Position numbers and translations under genes: made by a program
Part shown: one piece after another, positions 34,833 to 43,699 of the stretch
Position numbering within the stretch: the first letter of the stretch is position 1
Layout of the letters: each line of letters starts with the position of its first letter
Notes under the pieces: model-generated
Seen by the model: the letters and a program-made list of their open reading frames with translations, nothing else
Database searches by the model: none
Told to the model about the DNA's origin: nothing
Source of the DNA: a virus
Lineage: Duplodnaviria; Heunggongvirae; Uroviricota; Caudoviricetes
IMG/VR virus record: IMGVR_UViG_2851982317_000004
Strand: one strand, 5' to 3'
Length of the DNA stretch: 43,699 bases

Positions 34833-37800
34833 ATGGGTAAAGGCAGCAGTAAGGGGCATACCCCGCGCGAAGCGAAGGACAACCTGAAGTCCACGCAGCT
34901 GCTGAGTGTGATCGATGCCATCAGTGAAGGGCCGGTTGAAGGTCCGGTGGATGGATTAAAAAGCGTGCTGCTGAACAGTACGCCGGTGCTGGACAATGAG
35001 GGGAATACCAACATCTCCGGCGTCACGGTGGTGTTCCGGGCAGGTGAGCAGGAGCAGTCACCGCCGGAGGGGTTTGAATCCTCCGGCTCCGAGACGGTGC
35101 TGGGTACGGAAGTGAAATATGACACGCCGATCACCCGGACCATCACGTCGGCAAACATCGACCGTCTGCGCTTTACCTTCGGTGTACAGGCACTGGTGGA
35201 AACCACCTCAAAGGGAGACAGGAATCCGTCGGAAGTCCGCCTGCTGGTTCAGATACAGCGTAACGGTGGCTGGGTGACAGAAAAAGACATCACCATTAAG
35301 GGCAAAACCACGTCGCAGTATCTGGCCTCAGTGGTGGTGGATAACCTGCCGCCGCGCCCGTTTAATATCCGGATGCGCAGGATGACGCCGGACAGCACCA
35401 CAGACCAGCTGCAGAACAAAACGCTCTGGTCGTCATACACCGAAATTATCGATGTGAAACAGTGCTACCCGAACACGGCACTGGTCGGCGTGCAGGTGGA
35501 CTCGGAGCAGTTCGGCAGCCAGCAGGTGAGCCGTAATTATCATCTGCGCGGGCGTATTCTGCAGGTGCCGTCGAATTATAACCCGCAGACGCGGCAATAC
35601 AGCGGTATCTGGGACGGAACGTTTAAACCGGCATACAGCAACAACATGGCCTGGTGTCTGTGGGATATGCTGACCCACCCGCGCTACGGCATGGGGAAAC
35701 GTCTTGGTGCGGCAGATGTGGATAAATGGGCGCTGTATGTTATCGGCCACTACTGCGACCAGTCGGTGCCGGACGGCTTTGGCAGCACGGAGCCGCGCAT
35801 CACCTGTAATGCCTGGCTGACCACACAGCGCAAGGCGTGGGATGTGCTCAGCGATTTCTGCTCGGCGATGCGCTGTATGCCGGTATGGAACGGGCAGACG
35901 CTGACGTTCGTGCAGGACCGGCCATCGGATAAGGTGTGGACCTATAACCGCAGTAATGTGGTGATGCCGGATGATGGCGCGCCGTTCCGCTACAGCTTCA
36001 GCGCCCTGAAGGACCGCCATAATGCCGTTGAGGTGAACTGGATTGACCCGAATAACGGCTGGGAGACGGCGACAGAGCTTGTGGAGGACACGCAGGCCAT
36101 TGCCCGTTACGGTCGTAACGTCACGAAGATGGATGCCTTTGGCTGTACCAGCCGGGGGCAGGCACACCGCGCCGGGCTGTGGCTGATTAAAACGGAACTG
36201 CTGGAAACGCAGACCGTGGATTTCAGCGTGGGTGCTGAAGGGCTTCGCCATGTACCGGGCGATGTCATTGAAATCTGTGATGATGACTATGCCGGTATCA
36301 GCATCGGCGGGCGCGTGCTGGCGGTGAACAGCCAGACCCGGACGCTGACGCTCGACCGTGAAATCACGCTGCCATCCTCCGGTACCACGCTGATAAGCCT
36401 GGTTGACGGAAGTGGCAATCCGGTCAGCGTGGAGGTCCAGTCCGTCACCGACGGCGTGAAGGTAAAAGTGAGCCGTGTTCCTGACGGCGTTGCCGGATAC
36501 AGCGTGTGGGGGCTGAAGCTGCCGACGCTGCGCCAGCGCCTGTTCCGCTGCGTGAGTATCCGTGAGAACGACGACGGCACGTATGCCATCACCGCCGTGC
36601 AGCATGTACCGGAAAAAGAAGCCATCGTGGATAACGGGGCGCACTTTGACGGCGACCAGAGCGGCACGGTGAATGGTGTCACGCCGCCAGCAGTGCAGCA
36701 CCTGACTGCCGAAGTCACCGCAGACAGCGGGGAGTATCAGGTACTGGCCCGCTGGGATACGCCGAAGGTGGTGAAGGGCGTGAGCTTCCTGCTCCGTCTG
36801 ACCGTAACAGCGGATGACGGCAGTGAGCGGCTGGTCAGCACGGCCCGGACGACGGAAACCACATACCGCTTCACGCAACTGGCGCTGGGGCGGTACACGC
36901 TGACAGTCCGGGCGGTAAATGCGTGGGGACAGCAGGGCGATCCGGCATCGGTATCGTTCCGGATTGCCGCACCGGTAGCACCGTCGCGGATTGAGCTGAC
37001 GCCGGGGTATTTTCAGATAACCGCCACGCCGCATCTTGCGGTTTATGATCCGACGGTACAGTTTGAGTTCTGGTTCTCGGAAAAGCGGATTACCGATATC
37101 AGGCAGGTTGAAACCAGCGCGCGTTATCTTGGTACGGGGCTGTACTGGATAGCTGCCAGTATCAATATCAAACCGGGCCATGATTATTACTTTTATATCC
37201 GCAGTGTGAACACCGTTGGCAAATCGGCATTCGTGGAGGCTGTTGGTCAGCCGAGTGATGACGCATCCGGCTATCTGGATTTTTTCAAAGGCGAGATAGG
37301 GAAAACCCATCTGGCTCAGGAGCTGTGGACGCAGATTGATAACGGTCAGCTTGCGCCTGACCTGGCTGAAATCAGGACATCCATTACGGATGTCAGCAAT
37401 GAAATCACACAGACCGTCAATAAGAAACTGGAAGACCAGAGTGCAGCGATCCAGCAGATACAGAAGGTTCAGGTTGATACAAATAATAATCTGAACAGCA
37501 TGTGGGCTGTGAAGCTGCAGCAGATGCAGGACGGACGCCTTTATATTGCGGGTATCGGTGCCGGTATTGAGAACACCCCCGACGGCATGCAGAGTCAGGT
37601 GCTGCTGGCGGCAGACAGGATTGCGATGATTAATCCTGCAAATGGCAACACAAAACCGATGTTTGTTGGTCAGGGTGATCAGATATTCATGAACGACGTG
37701 TTCCTGAAACGCCTGACGGCCCCCACCATTACCAGCGGCGGTAATCCTCCGGCATTTTCCCTGACACCGGACGGGCGGCTGACGGCGAAAAATGCCGATA

Positions 37801-38093
37801 TCAGCGGTAACGTGAATGCGAACTCCGGGACGCTCAACAACGTCACGATTAACGAGAACTGTCGGGTTCTGGGAAAATTGTCCGCCAACCAGATTGAAGG
37901 CGATCTCGTTAAAACAGTGGGCAAAGCTTTCCCCGGGACTCCCGTGCACCGGAACGGTGGCCATCAGGGACCATCACCGTCAGGGTTTATGACGATCAGC
38001 CGTTTGACCGGCAGATTGTTATTCCGGCGGTGGCATTCAGCGGCGCTAAACATGAGCGGGAGAATAACGATATTTATTCGTCATGCCGCCTGA
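34833..38093 (+). CDS. J: Host specificity / tip attachment protein J, frame lost near the 3' end
   Basis: 1086 aa ORF with lambda J-like N-terminus; the last ~55 codons read as nonsense, and the conserved J C-terminus continues in a different frame (ORF 38030..38311). Confidence 0.85.
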   Translation: MGKGSSKGHTPREAKDNLKSTQLLSVIDAISEGPVEGPVDGLKSVLLNSTPVLDNEGNTNISGVTVVFRAGEQEQSPPEGFESSGSETVLGTEVKYDTPITRTITSANIDRLRFTFGVQALVETTSKGDRNPSEVRLLVQIQRNGGWVTEKDITIKGKTTSQYLASVVVDNLPPRPFNIRMRRMTPDSTTDQLQNKTLWSSYTEIIDVKQCYPNTALVGVQVDSEQFGSQQVSRNYHLRGRILQVPSNYNPQTRQYSGIWDGTFKPAYSNNMAWCLWDMLTHPRYGMGKRLGAADVDKWALYVIGHYCDQSVPDGFGSTEPRITCNAWLTTQRKAWDVLSDFCSAMRCMPVWNGQTLTFVQDRPSDKVWTYNRSNVVMPDDGAPFRYSFSALKDRHNAVEVNWIDPNNGWETATELVEDTQAIARYGRNVTKMDAFGCTSRGQAHRAGLWLIKTELLETQTVDFSVGAEGLRHVPGDVIEICDDDYAGISIGGRVLAVNSQTRTLTLDREITLPSSGTTLISLVDGSGNPVSVEVQSVTDGVKVKVSRVPDGVAGYSVWGLKLPTLRQRLFRCVSIRENDDGTYAITAVQHVPEKEAIVDNGAHFDGDQSGTVNGVTPPAVQHLTAEVTADSGEYQVLARWDTPKVVKGVSFLLRLTVTADDGSERLVSTARTTETTYRFTQLALGRYTLTVRAVNAWGQQGDPASVSFRIAAPVAPSRIELTPGYFQITATPHLAVYDPTVQFEFWFSEKRITDIRQVETSARYLGTGLYWIAASINIKPGHDYYFYIRSVNTVGKSAFVEAVGQPSDDASGYLDFFKGEIGKTHLAQELWTQIDNGQLAPDLAEIRTSITDVSNEITQTVNKKLEDQSAAIQQIQKVQVDTNNNLNSMWAVKLQQMQDGRLYIAGIGAGIENTPDGMQSQVLLAADRIAMINPANGNTKPMFVGQGDQIFMNDVFLKRLTAPTITSGGNPPAFSLTPDGRLTAKNADISGNVNANSGTLNNVTINENCRVLGKLSANQIEGDLVKTVGKAFPGTPVHRNGGHQGPSPSGFMTISRLTGRLLFRRWHSAALNMSGRITIFIRHAA

Positions 38094-38311
38094 TAGTACG
38101 GAAAAACGGTGCTGAAATTTATAACCGTACCGCGCTGGATAATACGCTGATTTACAGTGGTGTTATTGATATGCCAGCTGGTCGCGGCCACATGACGCTG
38201 GAGTTTTCGGTGTCAGCATGGCTGGTAAATAACTGGTATCCCACAGCAAGTATCAGCGATTTGCTGGTTGTGGTGATGAAGAAAGCCACCGCAGGCATCA
38301 GTATCAGCTGA
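38030..38311 (+). CDS. J: C-terminal segment of J in a shifted frame (pseudogene fragment or sequencing error)
   Basis: The frame reads ...[92 protein letters not shown], matching the lambda J C-terminal receptor-binding end as I recall it. Confidence 0.7.
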   Translation: MAFSGAKHERENNDIYSSCRLIVRKNGAEIYNRTALDNTLIYSGVIDMPAGRGHMTLEFSVSAWLVNNWYPTASISDLLVVVMKKATAGISIS

Positions 38312-38329
38312 ATTTTATAACCCATATAC

Positions 38330-38354
38330 GGGCGCCAGAAATGGCGCCTTTTTT
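38330..38354 (+). terminator. Intrinsic terminator after J
   Basis: Stem GGGCGCC / GGCGCC with 6-nt loop followed by T6. Confidence 0.55.
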
Positions 38355-38378
38355 ATTGCAGAAAAGCGAGAGGTAATT

Positions 38379-38978
38379 ATGCGTAAAGTTTGTTCAGCCA
38401 TTTTGTCCGCAGCCATCTGTCTGGCCGTATCCGGTGCACCTGCATGGGCGTCTGAGCAGCAGGCCACACTGAGCGCAGGGTATCTTCATGCCCGTACGAA
38501 CGCTCCCGGCAGCGATAATCTGAACGGGATTAACGTGAAATACCGTTATGAGTTTACGGACACGCTGGGGCTGATTACGTCATTCAGTTATGCCAACGCT
38601 GAAGATGAGCAAAAAACGCATTACAGCGATACCCGCTGGCATGAAGATTCCGTGCGTAACCGCTGGTTCAGCGTGATGGCGGGGCCGTCTGTGCGCGTGA
38701 ATGAATGGTTCAGCGCGTATGCGATGGCGGGTATGGCTTACAGCCGTGTTTCGACTTTCTCCGGAGATTATATCCGCGTAACTGACAACAAGGGGAAAAC
38801 GCACGATGTGCTGACCGGAAGTGATGACGGTCGCCACAGCAACACGTCTCTGGCGTGGGGAGCTGGCGTGCAGTTTAACCCGACCGAATCCGTGGTTATT
38901 GATGTCGCTTATGAAGGCTCCGGCAGTGGTGACTGGCGCACTGACGGTTTCATCGTGGGTGTCGGTTATAAATTCTGA
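38379..38978 (+). CDS. lom: Lom-like outer membrane protein (Ail/Lom/PagC family)
   Basis: 199 aa with N-terminal signal peptide (…[10 protein letters not shown]), beta-barrel-like alternating pattern and C-terminal YKF; lambda lom position between J and stf. Confidence 0.85.
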   Translation: MRKVCSAILSAAICLAVSGAPAWASEQQATLSAGYLHARTNAPGSDNLNGINVKYRYEFTDTLGLITSFSYANAEDEQKTHYSDTRWHEDSVRNRWFSVMAGPSVRVNEWFSAYAMAGMAYSRVSTFSGDYIRVTDNKGKTHDVLTGSDDGRHSNTSLAWGAGVQFNPTESVVIDVAYEGSGSGDWRTDGFIVGVGYKF

Positions 38979-39004
38979 TTAGCCAGGTAACACAGTGTTA
39001 TGAC

Positions 39005-39033
39005 AGCCCGCCGGTTCAGGCGGGCTTTTTTGT
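39005..39033 (+). terminator. Intrinsic terminator after lom
   Basis: Stem AGCCCGCC / GGCGGGCT with 6-nt loop followed by T6. Confidence 0.6.
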
Positions 39034-39036
39034 GGG

Positions 39037-42000
39037 GTGAATATGGCAGTAAAGATTTCAGGTGTACTGAAAGACGGCACAGGAAAACCGGTACAGAACT
39101 GCACAATCCAGCTGAAAGCAAAACGTAACAGTACCACTGTGGTGGTGAACACGCTGGCCTCAGAAAATCCGGATGAAGCCGGGCGTTACAGTATGGACGT
39201 TGAGTACGGTCAGTACAGCGTTATTCTGTTGGTGGAGGGATTCCCGCCGTCACATGCCGGGACCATCACCGTGTATGAAGATTCTCAACCCGGTACGCTG
39301 AATGATTTTCTCGGTGCCATGACGGAGGATGATACCCGTCCGGAGGCACTGCGACGTTTTGAACTGATGGTGGAAGAGGTGGCGCGTAACGCGTCCGCGG
39401 TGGCACAGAACACAGCAGCCGCGAAGAAGTCAGCCAGCAATGCCAGCACATCAGCCCGTGAGGCGGCAACCCATGCGACTGATGCTGCAGGCTCAGCACG
39501 CGCAGCCAGCACGTCAGCCGGACAGGCCGCGTCGTCGGCTCAGTCAGCGTCTTCCAGCGCAGGAACGGCATCAGCAAAGGCCACTGAAGCATCAAAAAGT
39601 GCTGCCGCTGCAGAGTCCTCAAAAAGCGCGGCGGCTACCAGTGCCGGTGCGGCGAAAACGTCAGAAACGAATGCGGCAGCGTCACAACAATCTGCAGCCA
39701 CTTCTGCATCCGCCGCGACCACAAAGGCGTCAGAAGCTGCCACCTCAGCCCGGGATGCGGCGGCCTCAAAAGAGGCAGCGAAATCATCAGAAACGAACGC
39801 ATCATCAAGCGCCAGTAGTGCCGCTTCCTCGGCAACGGCGGCAGGAAATTCCGCGAAGGCGGCAAAGACGTCCGAGACGAACGCCAGGTCTTCTGAAACG
39901 GCAGCGGAACAGAGTGCCTCCGCAGCAGCAGGCTCAAAAACAGCGGCTGCGTCGTCTGCCAGTGCAGCGTCAACAAGTGCCGGGCAGGCCTCAGCCAGTG
40001 CCACTGCCGCCGGAAAATCGGCAGAAAGCGCTGCATCGTCCGCTTCAACAGCTACAACGAAGGCTGGCGAAGCCGCTGAACAGGCCAGCGCAGCAGCGAG
40101 GTCTGCATCCGCAGCGAAGACATCCGAAACGAATGCGAAAGCGTCGGAAACCAGTGCAGAATCCTCAAAAACGGCAGCCGCATCGTCAGCCAGTTCGGCG
40201 GCGTCATCGGCATCATCGGCGTCTGCTTCAAAAGATGAGGCGACCAGACAGGCGTCAGCAGCGAAGGGCAGCGCCACGACGGCATCCACGAAGGCGACAG
40301 AGGCAGCTGGCAGTGCGACGGCGGCAGCACAGAGCAAAAGTACAGCAGAATCCGCGGCAACGCGCGCCGAGACAGCAGCAAAACGGGCAGAGGATATTGC
40401 ATCCGCCGTGGCGCTGGAGGATGCGAGCACGACGAAAAAGGGGATAGTACAGCTCAGCAGTGCAACAAACAGCACCAGTGAAAAGCTGGCGGCAACGCCA
40501 AAGGCAGTTAAAACTGTTAAAGATAGTTCAGTTCAAAAAACTGGCGACACAATGGGAGGGCAGTTAAAAATCAGCACGATAAATGCTCTTCGAATATTCA
40601 ACCAAGCCTTTGGCCTTATTTTTAGGCGTTCCGAAGATCATCTTCATCTTATTCCGACTAATGAAGGAGAGGGGGAAAATGGAGACATCGGTTCATTAAG
40701 ACCATTCTCTATAAACTTAAGATCAGGGTTGGTGTCCATCGGTAATGGACTAAAAGTTGGTGGTAGTGTTACTGGTAATTTGACCGGAAACGCAGATACT
40801 GCGACCAAGATCAAGACAGCACGTAAGATTGGGGGCGTGGCATTTGATGGATCGGCAGATATCAACTTGCCTGGAGTCAACGCTACCGGTAATCAAAACA
40901 CTACAGGTAATGCTGCGACCGCCACGAAACTTCAGGCAGCCAGAACGATTAACGGTGTGTCATTTGATGGTAGTGCAAATATCACATTGACCCCTTCAAA
41001 TATTGGGGCATTGGCATTAACTGGAGGGACTCTTTCAGGTGGTTTAACTGCTGCTGGTGAGGTTATTTCAAGGTCAGCAAATGGTCTGCGTATTGCCTAT
41101 GGCAACTATGGATTCTTTATCCGAAATGATGGATCAAACACATATTTTATGTTGACAGATTCGGGTAACAGTCTTGGTACGTACAATAGCTTAAGGCCGT
41201 TTATAATTAGTAACCATACTGGCAATGTTACAATTGCAACTAAATTAAACGCGAGTGGTGGTATCACTGGATCTTTATCGGGTAATGCAAGCACAGCAAC
41301 CAAATTGCAAACTGCAAGGACAATTAACGGCGTAAAATTTGACGGCTCGGCAAATATTGAAGCGTTTCCGCCAGGTGTTCCGCTGCCGTGGCCATCAGAT
41401 ACACCACCTGCAGGTTATGCAATCATGCAGGGGCAGACGTTTGATAAGGCAGCATATCCGAAACTGGCTATTGCCTATCCTTCAGGTGTTATTCCAGATA
41501 TGCGCGGCTGGACAATCAAGGGCAAACCCGCCAGTGGCCGGGCCGTATTGTCTCAGGAACAGGACGGCATTAAATCGCACACCCACAGCGCCAGCGCATC
41601 CAGTACGGATTTGGGGACGAAAACCACATCGTCGTTTGATTACGGCACTAAATCCACGAATAACACCGGGGCGCATACGCACAGTCTGAGTGGCTCTACG
41701 GGGTCTGCCGGTGTTCATACTCATGGTAATGGTATTCGTTGGCCAGGAGGCGGCGGTTCTGCGTTAGCATTTTATGATGGCGGTGGGTTCACTTATGTCC
41801 AGAATTCACAGTATCAAGTAAGCCCGGAGACTTCTTCCTATAGATCGTATTATCAACGTATTCAGACACAGTCAGCAGGTGCTCATACCCACTCGCTGTC
41901 TGGTACTGCAGCAAGTTCTGGCGCACATGCACATACTGTAGGTATTGGTGCGCATACGCACTCCGTTGCGATTGGTTCACATGGACACACCATCACCGTT

Positions 42001-42069
42001 AACGCTGCGGGTAACGCGGAAAACACCGTCAAAAACATCGCATTTAACTATATTGTGAGGCTTGCATAA
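39037..42069 (+). CDS. stf: Side tail fibre protein Stf (mosaic); likely true start ATG at 39043
   Basis: N-terminus [26 protein letters not shown] matches lambda Stf as I recall it; long Ala/Ser-rich repeat region; three tandem ~45 aa repeats (TGN..TATK..TAR.I.GV.FDGSA.I); C-terminal His-rich GAHTHS repeats ending [11 protein letters not shown]. Confidence 0.9.
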   Translation: MNMAVKISGVLKDGTGKPVQNCTIQLKAKRNSTTVVVNTLASENPDEAGRYSMDVEYGQYSVILLVEGFPPSHAGTITVYEDSQPGTLNDFLGAMTEDDTRPEALRRFELMVEEVARNASAVAQNTAAAKKSASNASTSAREAATHATDAAGSARAASTSAGQAASSAQSASSSAGTASAKATEASKSAAAAESSKSAAATSAGAAKTSETNAAASQQSAATSASAATTKASEAATSARDAAASKEAAKSSETNASSSASSAASSATAAGNSAKAAKTSETNARSSETAAEQSASAAAGSKTAAASSASAASTSAGQASASATAAGKSAESAASSASTATTKAGEAAEQASAAARSASAAKTSETNAKASETSAESSKTAAASSASSAASSASSASASKDEATRQASAAKGSATTASTKATEAAGSATAAAQSKSTAESAATRAETAAKRAEDIASAVALEDASTTKKGIVQLSSATNSTSEKLAATPKAVKTVKDSSVQKTGDTMGGQLKISTINALRIFNQAFGLIFRRSEDHLHLIPTNEGEGENGDIGSLRPFSINLRSGLVSIGNGLKVGGSVTGNLTGNADTATKIKTARKIGGVAFDGSADINLPGVNATGNQNTTGNAATATKLQAARTINGVSFDGSANITLTPSNIGALALTGGTLSGGLTAAGEVISRSANGLRIAYGNYGFFIRNDGSNTYFMLTDSGNSLGTYNSLRPFIISNHTGNVTIATKLNASGGITGSLSGNASTATKLQTARTINGVKFDGSANIEAFPPGVPLPWPSDTPPAGYAIMQGQTFDKAAYPKLAIAYPSGVIPDMRGWTIKGKPASGRAVLSQEQDGIKSHTHSASASSTDLGTKTTSSFDYGTKSTNNTGAHTHSLSGSTGSAGVHTHGNGIRWPGGGGSALAFYDGGGFTYVQNSQYQVSPETSSYRSYYQRIQTQSAGAHTHSLSGTAASSGAHAHTVGIGAHTHSVAIGSHGHTITVNAAGNAENTVKNIAFNYIVRLA
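39380..40450 (+). repeat. Degenerate in-frame tandem repeats encoding the Ala/Ser/Thr-rich Stf shaft
   Basis: Repeated SA..S.TNA..S..SA-type units in the Stf translation; the GC-rich periodic DNA also creates long spurious ORFs on other frames. Confidence 0.6.
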
Positions 42070-42653
42070 TGGCATTCAGAATGAGTGAACAAGCACGGAC
42101 CATAAAAATTTATAATCTGCTGGCCGGAACTAATGAATTTATTGGTGAAGGTGACGCATATATTCCGCCTCATACAGGTCTGCCAGCAAACAGTACCGAT
42201 ATTGCACCACCAGATATTCCTGCTGGCTTTGTGGCTGTTTTCAACAGTGATGAGGCATCGTGGCATCTCGTTGAAGACCATCGGGGTAAAACGGTTTATG
42301 ACGTAGCGTCAGGGGACGAGTTATTTATTTCTGAACTCGGTCCGTTACCGGAAAATGTTACCTGGTTATCGCCGGAAGGGGAGTTTCAGAAGTGGAACGG
42401 CACAGCCTGGGTGAAGGATACGGAAGCAGAAAAACTGTTCCGGATCCGGGAGGCGGAAGAAACAAAAAACAACCTGATGCAGGTAGCCAGTGAGCATATT
42501 GCGCCGCTTCAGGATGCTGCAGATCTGGAAATTGCAACGGAGGAAGAAACCTCATTGCTGGAAGCCTGGAAAAAGTATCGGGTGTTGCTGAACCGTGTTG
42601 ATACATCAACTGCACCTGATATTGAGTGGCCTACGAACCCTGTCAGGGAGTAA
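42069..42653 (+). CDS. tfa: Tail fibre assembly protein Tfa
   Basis: 194 aa; ATG overlaps the stf stop (TAATG); colinear with lambda Tfa as I recall it (MAFRMSEQ..., C-terminal IAPLQDA...IEWP). Confidence 0.85.
   Translation: MAFRMSEQARTIKIYNLLAGTNEFIGEGDAYIPPHTGLPANSTDIAPPDIPAGFVAVFNSDEASWHLVEDHRGKTVYDVASGDELFISELGPLPENVTWLSPEGEFQKWNGTAWVKDTEAEKLFRIREAEETKNNLMQVASEHIAPLQDAADLEIATEEETSLLEAWKKYRVLLNRVDTSTAPDIEWPTNPVRE
42492..42653 (+). repeat. Direct repeat copy 1 (tfa 3' end)
   Basis: About 160 bp highly similar to 43541..43699 (the reading frame is preserved in both copies). Confidence 0.7.
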
Positions 42654-42667
42654 TCATTGGGATTATG

Positions 42668-42700
42668 CCGCAGCACGTCTTAAGCAAGAACGTGCTGCGG
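42668..42700. terminator. Perfect 11-bp hairpin between convergent tfa and the methyltransferase gene
   Basis: CCGCAGCACGT / ACGTGCTGCGG with 11-nt loop; a T6 run follows about 10 nt downstream on the plus strand. Confidence 0.4.
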
Positions 42701-42707
42701 TTGGATG

Positions 42708-43376
42708 CTATTTTTTCCCTGAAGCGGAAAACATTACTACAGTACCTTGAACCTTGGTTTTAACATTCTCGAAATGCTCTGAGAGTATATGTGTTAAGCC
42801 TTCTTCGGAATCTTTTGTGTTTGAAAAGATGCCTTTCTGATTGTAAATGCGCATCAGTTTTTGACCGAAGCTATTGTGCACAACTCCATCGCCAAGAATT
42901 GTGGCTCCGTATAGAGTTCCATCGTCAGTTAAGGCCTGCGCCGCATTGCGTATTACACAGCTTTTTGTAGATATATTTCCAGGCAGGCAGTGAAGAAGGT
43001 AAAACATGGAAATGGAATCAAATTGACCATGTAACGCCGCGGGATAAGGTTCAAAAACATCATGGCTAATTTTATGTTTAATTTTTGATTCCCCAGCCCT
43101 TGTCGATGCCGCGTTCAGGCTAGCTTCGTTCAAATCCATTAAAGATATCAGACTACTCTCAGGTACGTGAGTAAGGTAAAACCCAGTTCCAACACCAATA
43201 TCCAGATGGTTGTTACCTACATGTTCCAGAAAGTGTGGAAGAAGGTGTTCCTTTGTAGGACATCCCCATGCAAGCCGATTTGATACTCCCAAAACCCACC
43301 AGTCATAAAGCTTTAGGGTAAGTGGTGTGTAAATTTTAGCCCCATCATCTGTGTTTTTTTTCATTGATTTCACCAT
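42708..43376 (-). CDS. Class I SAM-dependent methyltransferase (cargo gene)
   Basis: 222 aa with motif I-like LDIGVGTGFY; AT-rich relative to the flanking tail genes; start may be the second ATG (43364), which has a GGTGA Shine-Dalgarno-like site. Confidence 0.65.
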   Translation of the reverse strand: MVKSMKKNTDDGAKIYTPLTLKLYDWWVLGVSNRLAWGCPTKEHLLPHFLEHVGNNHLDIGVGTGFYLTHVPESSLISLMDLNEASLNAASTRAGESKIKHKISHDVFEPYPAALHGQFDSISMFYLLHCLPGNISTKSCVIRNAAQALTDDGTLYGATILGDGVVHNSFGQKLMRIYNQKGIFSNTKDSEEGLTHILSEHFENVKTKVQGTVVMFSASGKK

Positions 43377-43432
43377 GTTATAGTTTTATTTGTGAATTAA
43401 ATCAATTATGGCGATGAATTACAAGGGGTTAA

Positions 43433-43699
43433 ATGCTGCCGCAGCATAGCGATATTGAAATAGCCTGGTATGCTTCGATACAGCAGGAGCCGAATGGCTG
43501 GAAGACCGTCACCACACAGTTCTACATCCAGGAATTCAGTGAGTATATTGCGCCACTGCAGGATGCTGTAGATCTGGAAATCGCAACGGAGGAAGAAAGA
43601 TCGTTGCTGGAGGCATGGAATAAATATCGGGTATTGTTGAATCGTGTTGATACATCAACTGCACCTGATATTGAGTGGCCGACTTCACCTGCAGAGTAA
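43433..43699 (+). CDS. Tfa-like C-terminal fragment (second, divergent tfa remnant)
   Basis: 88 aa ORF whose last ~52 aa ([52 protein letters not shown]) closely match the Tfa C-terminus; the upstream part is unrelated; the stop coincides with the window end. Confidence 0.55.
   Translation: MLPQHSDIEIAWYASIQQEPNGWKTVTTQFYIQEFSEYIAPLQDAVDLEIATEEERSLLEAWNKYRVLLNRVDTSTAPDIEWPTSPAE
43541..43699 (+). repeat. Direct repeat copy 2 (tfa-like 3' end)
   Basis: Matches 42492..42653 with scattered substitutions; the two copies bracket the methyltransferase gene. Confidence 0.7.

Larger units (their letters stand above)
1..43699. mobile_element. Lambdoid prophage segment, integrase through tail fibre assembly genes; att sites not in window
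   Basis: Contiguous phage gene order across the whole window (int, xis, repressor/cro, replication, rusA, Q-like, lysis, terminase, portal, capsid, tail, lom, stf, tfa). Confidence 0.9.

Noticed and set aside
35433-37964. 843 aa ORF on the minus strand inside J
   Set aside because: Antisense to a well-supported conserved gene; its composition (Arg/Pro/His/Cys-rich, no domain-like pattern) is typical of a spurious open frame in GC-rich coding DNA.
39266-40475. Several long ORFs on other frames and strands within the Stf repeat region (for example 39440..40447 plus, 39540..40475 minus)
   Set aside because: They are produced by the periodic GC-rich repeat DNA encoding the Ala/Ser shaft; their translations are low-complexity Arg/Pro- or Ala/Asp-rich, and they overlap the confidently called stf frame.
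1-43699. CRISPR arrays, IS elements or transposases
   Set aside because: No regularly spaced direct repeats and no transposase-like ORFs; the only notable repeats are the tfa 3' duplication and the in-frame Stf repeats.

Overview
The window is essentially one lambdoid prophage of an Escherichia/Shigella-type host, running from the integrase at the left edge to the side tail fibre genes at the right edge; no att site is inside the window. Order: int/xis and a large exonuclease (minus strand), small early-left genes, cI-like repressor with divergent Cro-like gene, O-like initiator and DnaC-like loader, a nin-like accessory block with a hok-family toxin, rusA, a Q-like gene with a downstream terminator, a late cargo block (DNA methyltransferase, three tRNA genes, TerB-like protein), lysis genes, HNH/terS/terL/portal/protease/HK97-type capsid, a tail module that joins sheath/tube-like proteins to lambda-type H, M, L, K, I, J, then lom, stf, tfa and an AT-rich methyltransferase gene. 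All calls rest on reading the six-frame translations and the DNA by eye; no database search was run, so family names are recollection or inference. The ORF track accepts GTG/TTG starts, so several true starts are probably internal ATGs (noted per feature). Coordinates I derived by hand (tRNAs, hairpins, promoters, small ORFs) may be off by 1-2 nt. Most worth follow-up: an early-left island with a palindrome-rich non-coding segment and a convergent overlapping gene pair; J split by a -1 frameshift in a C-run; the mosaic tail; the methyltransferase flanked by tfa 3' repeats; a stx-phage-like tRNA block carrying non-stx cargo.
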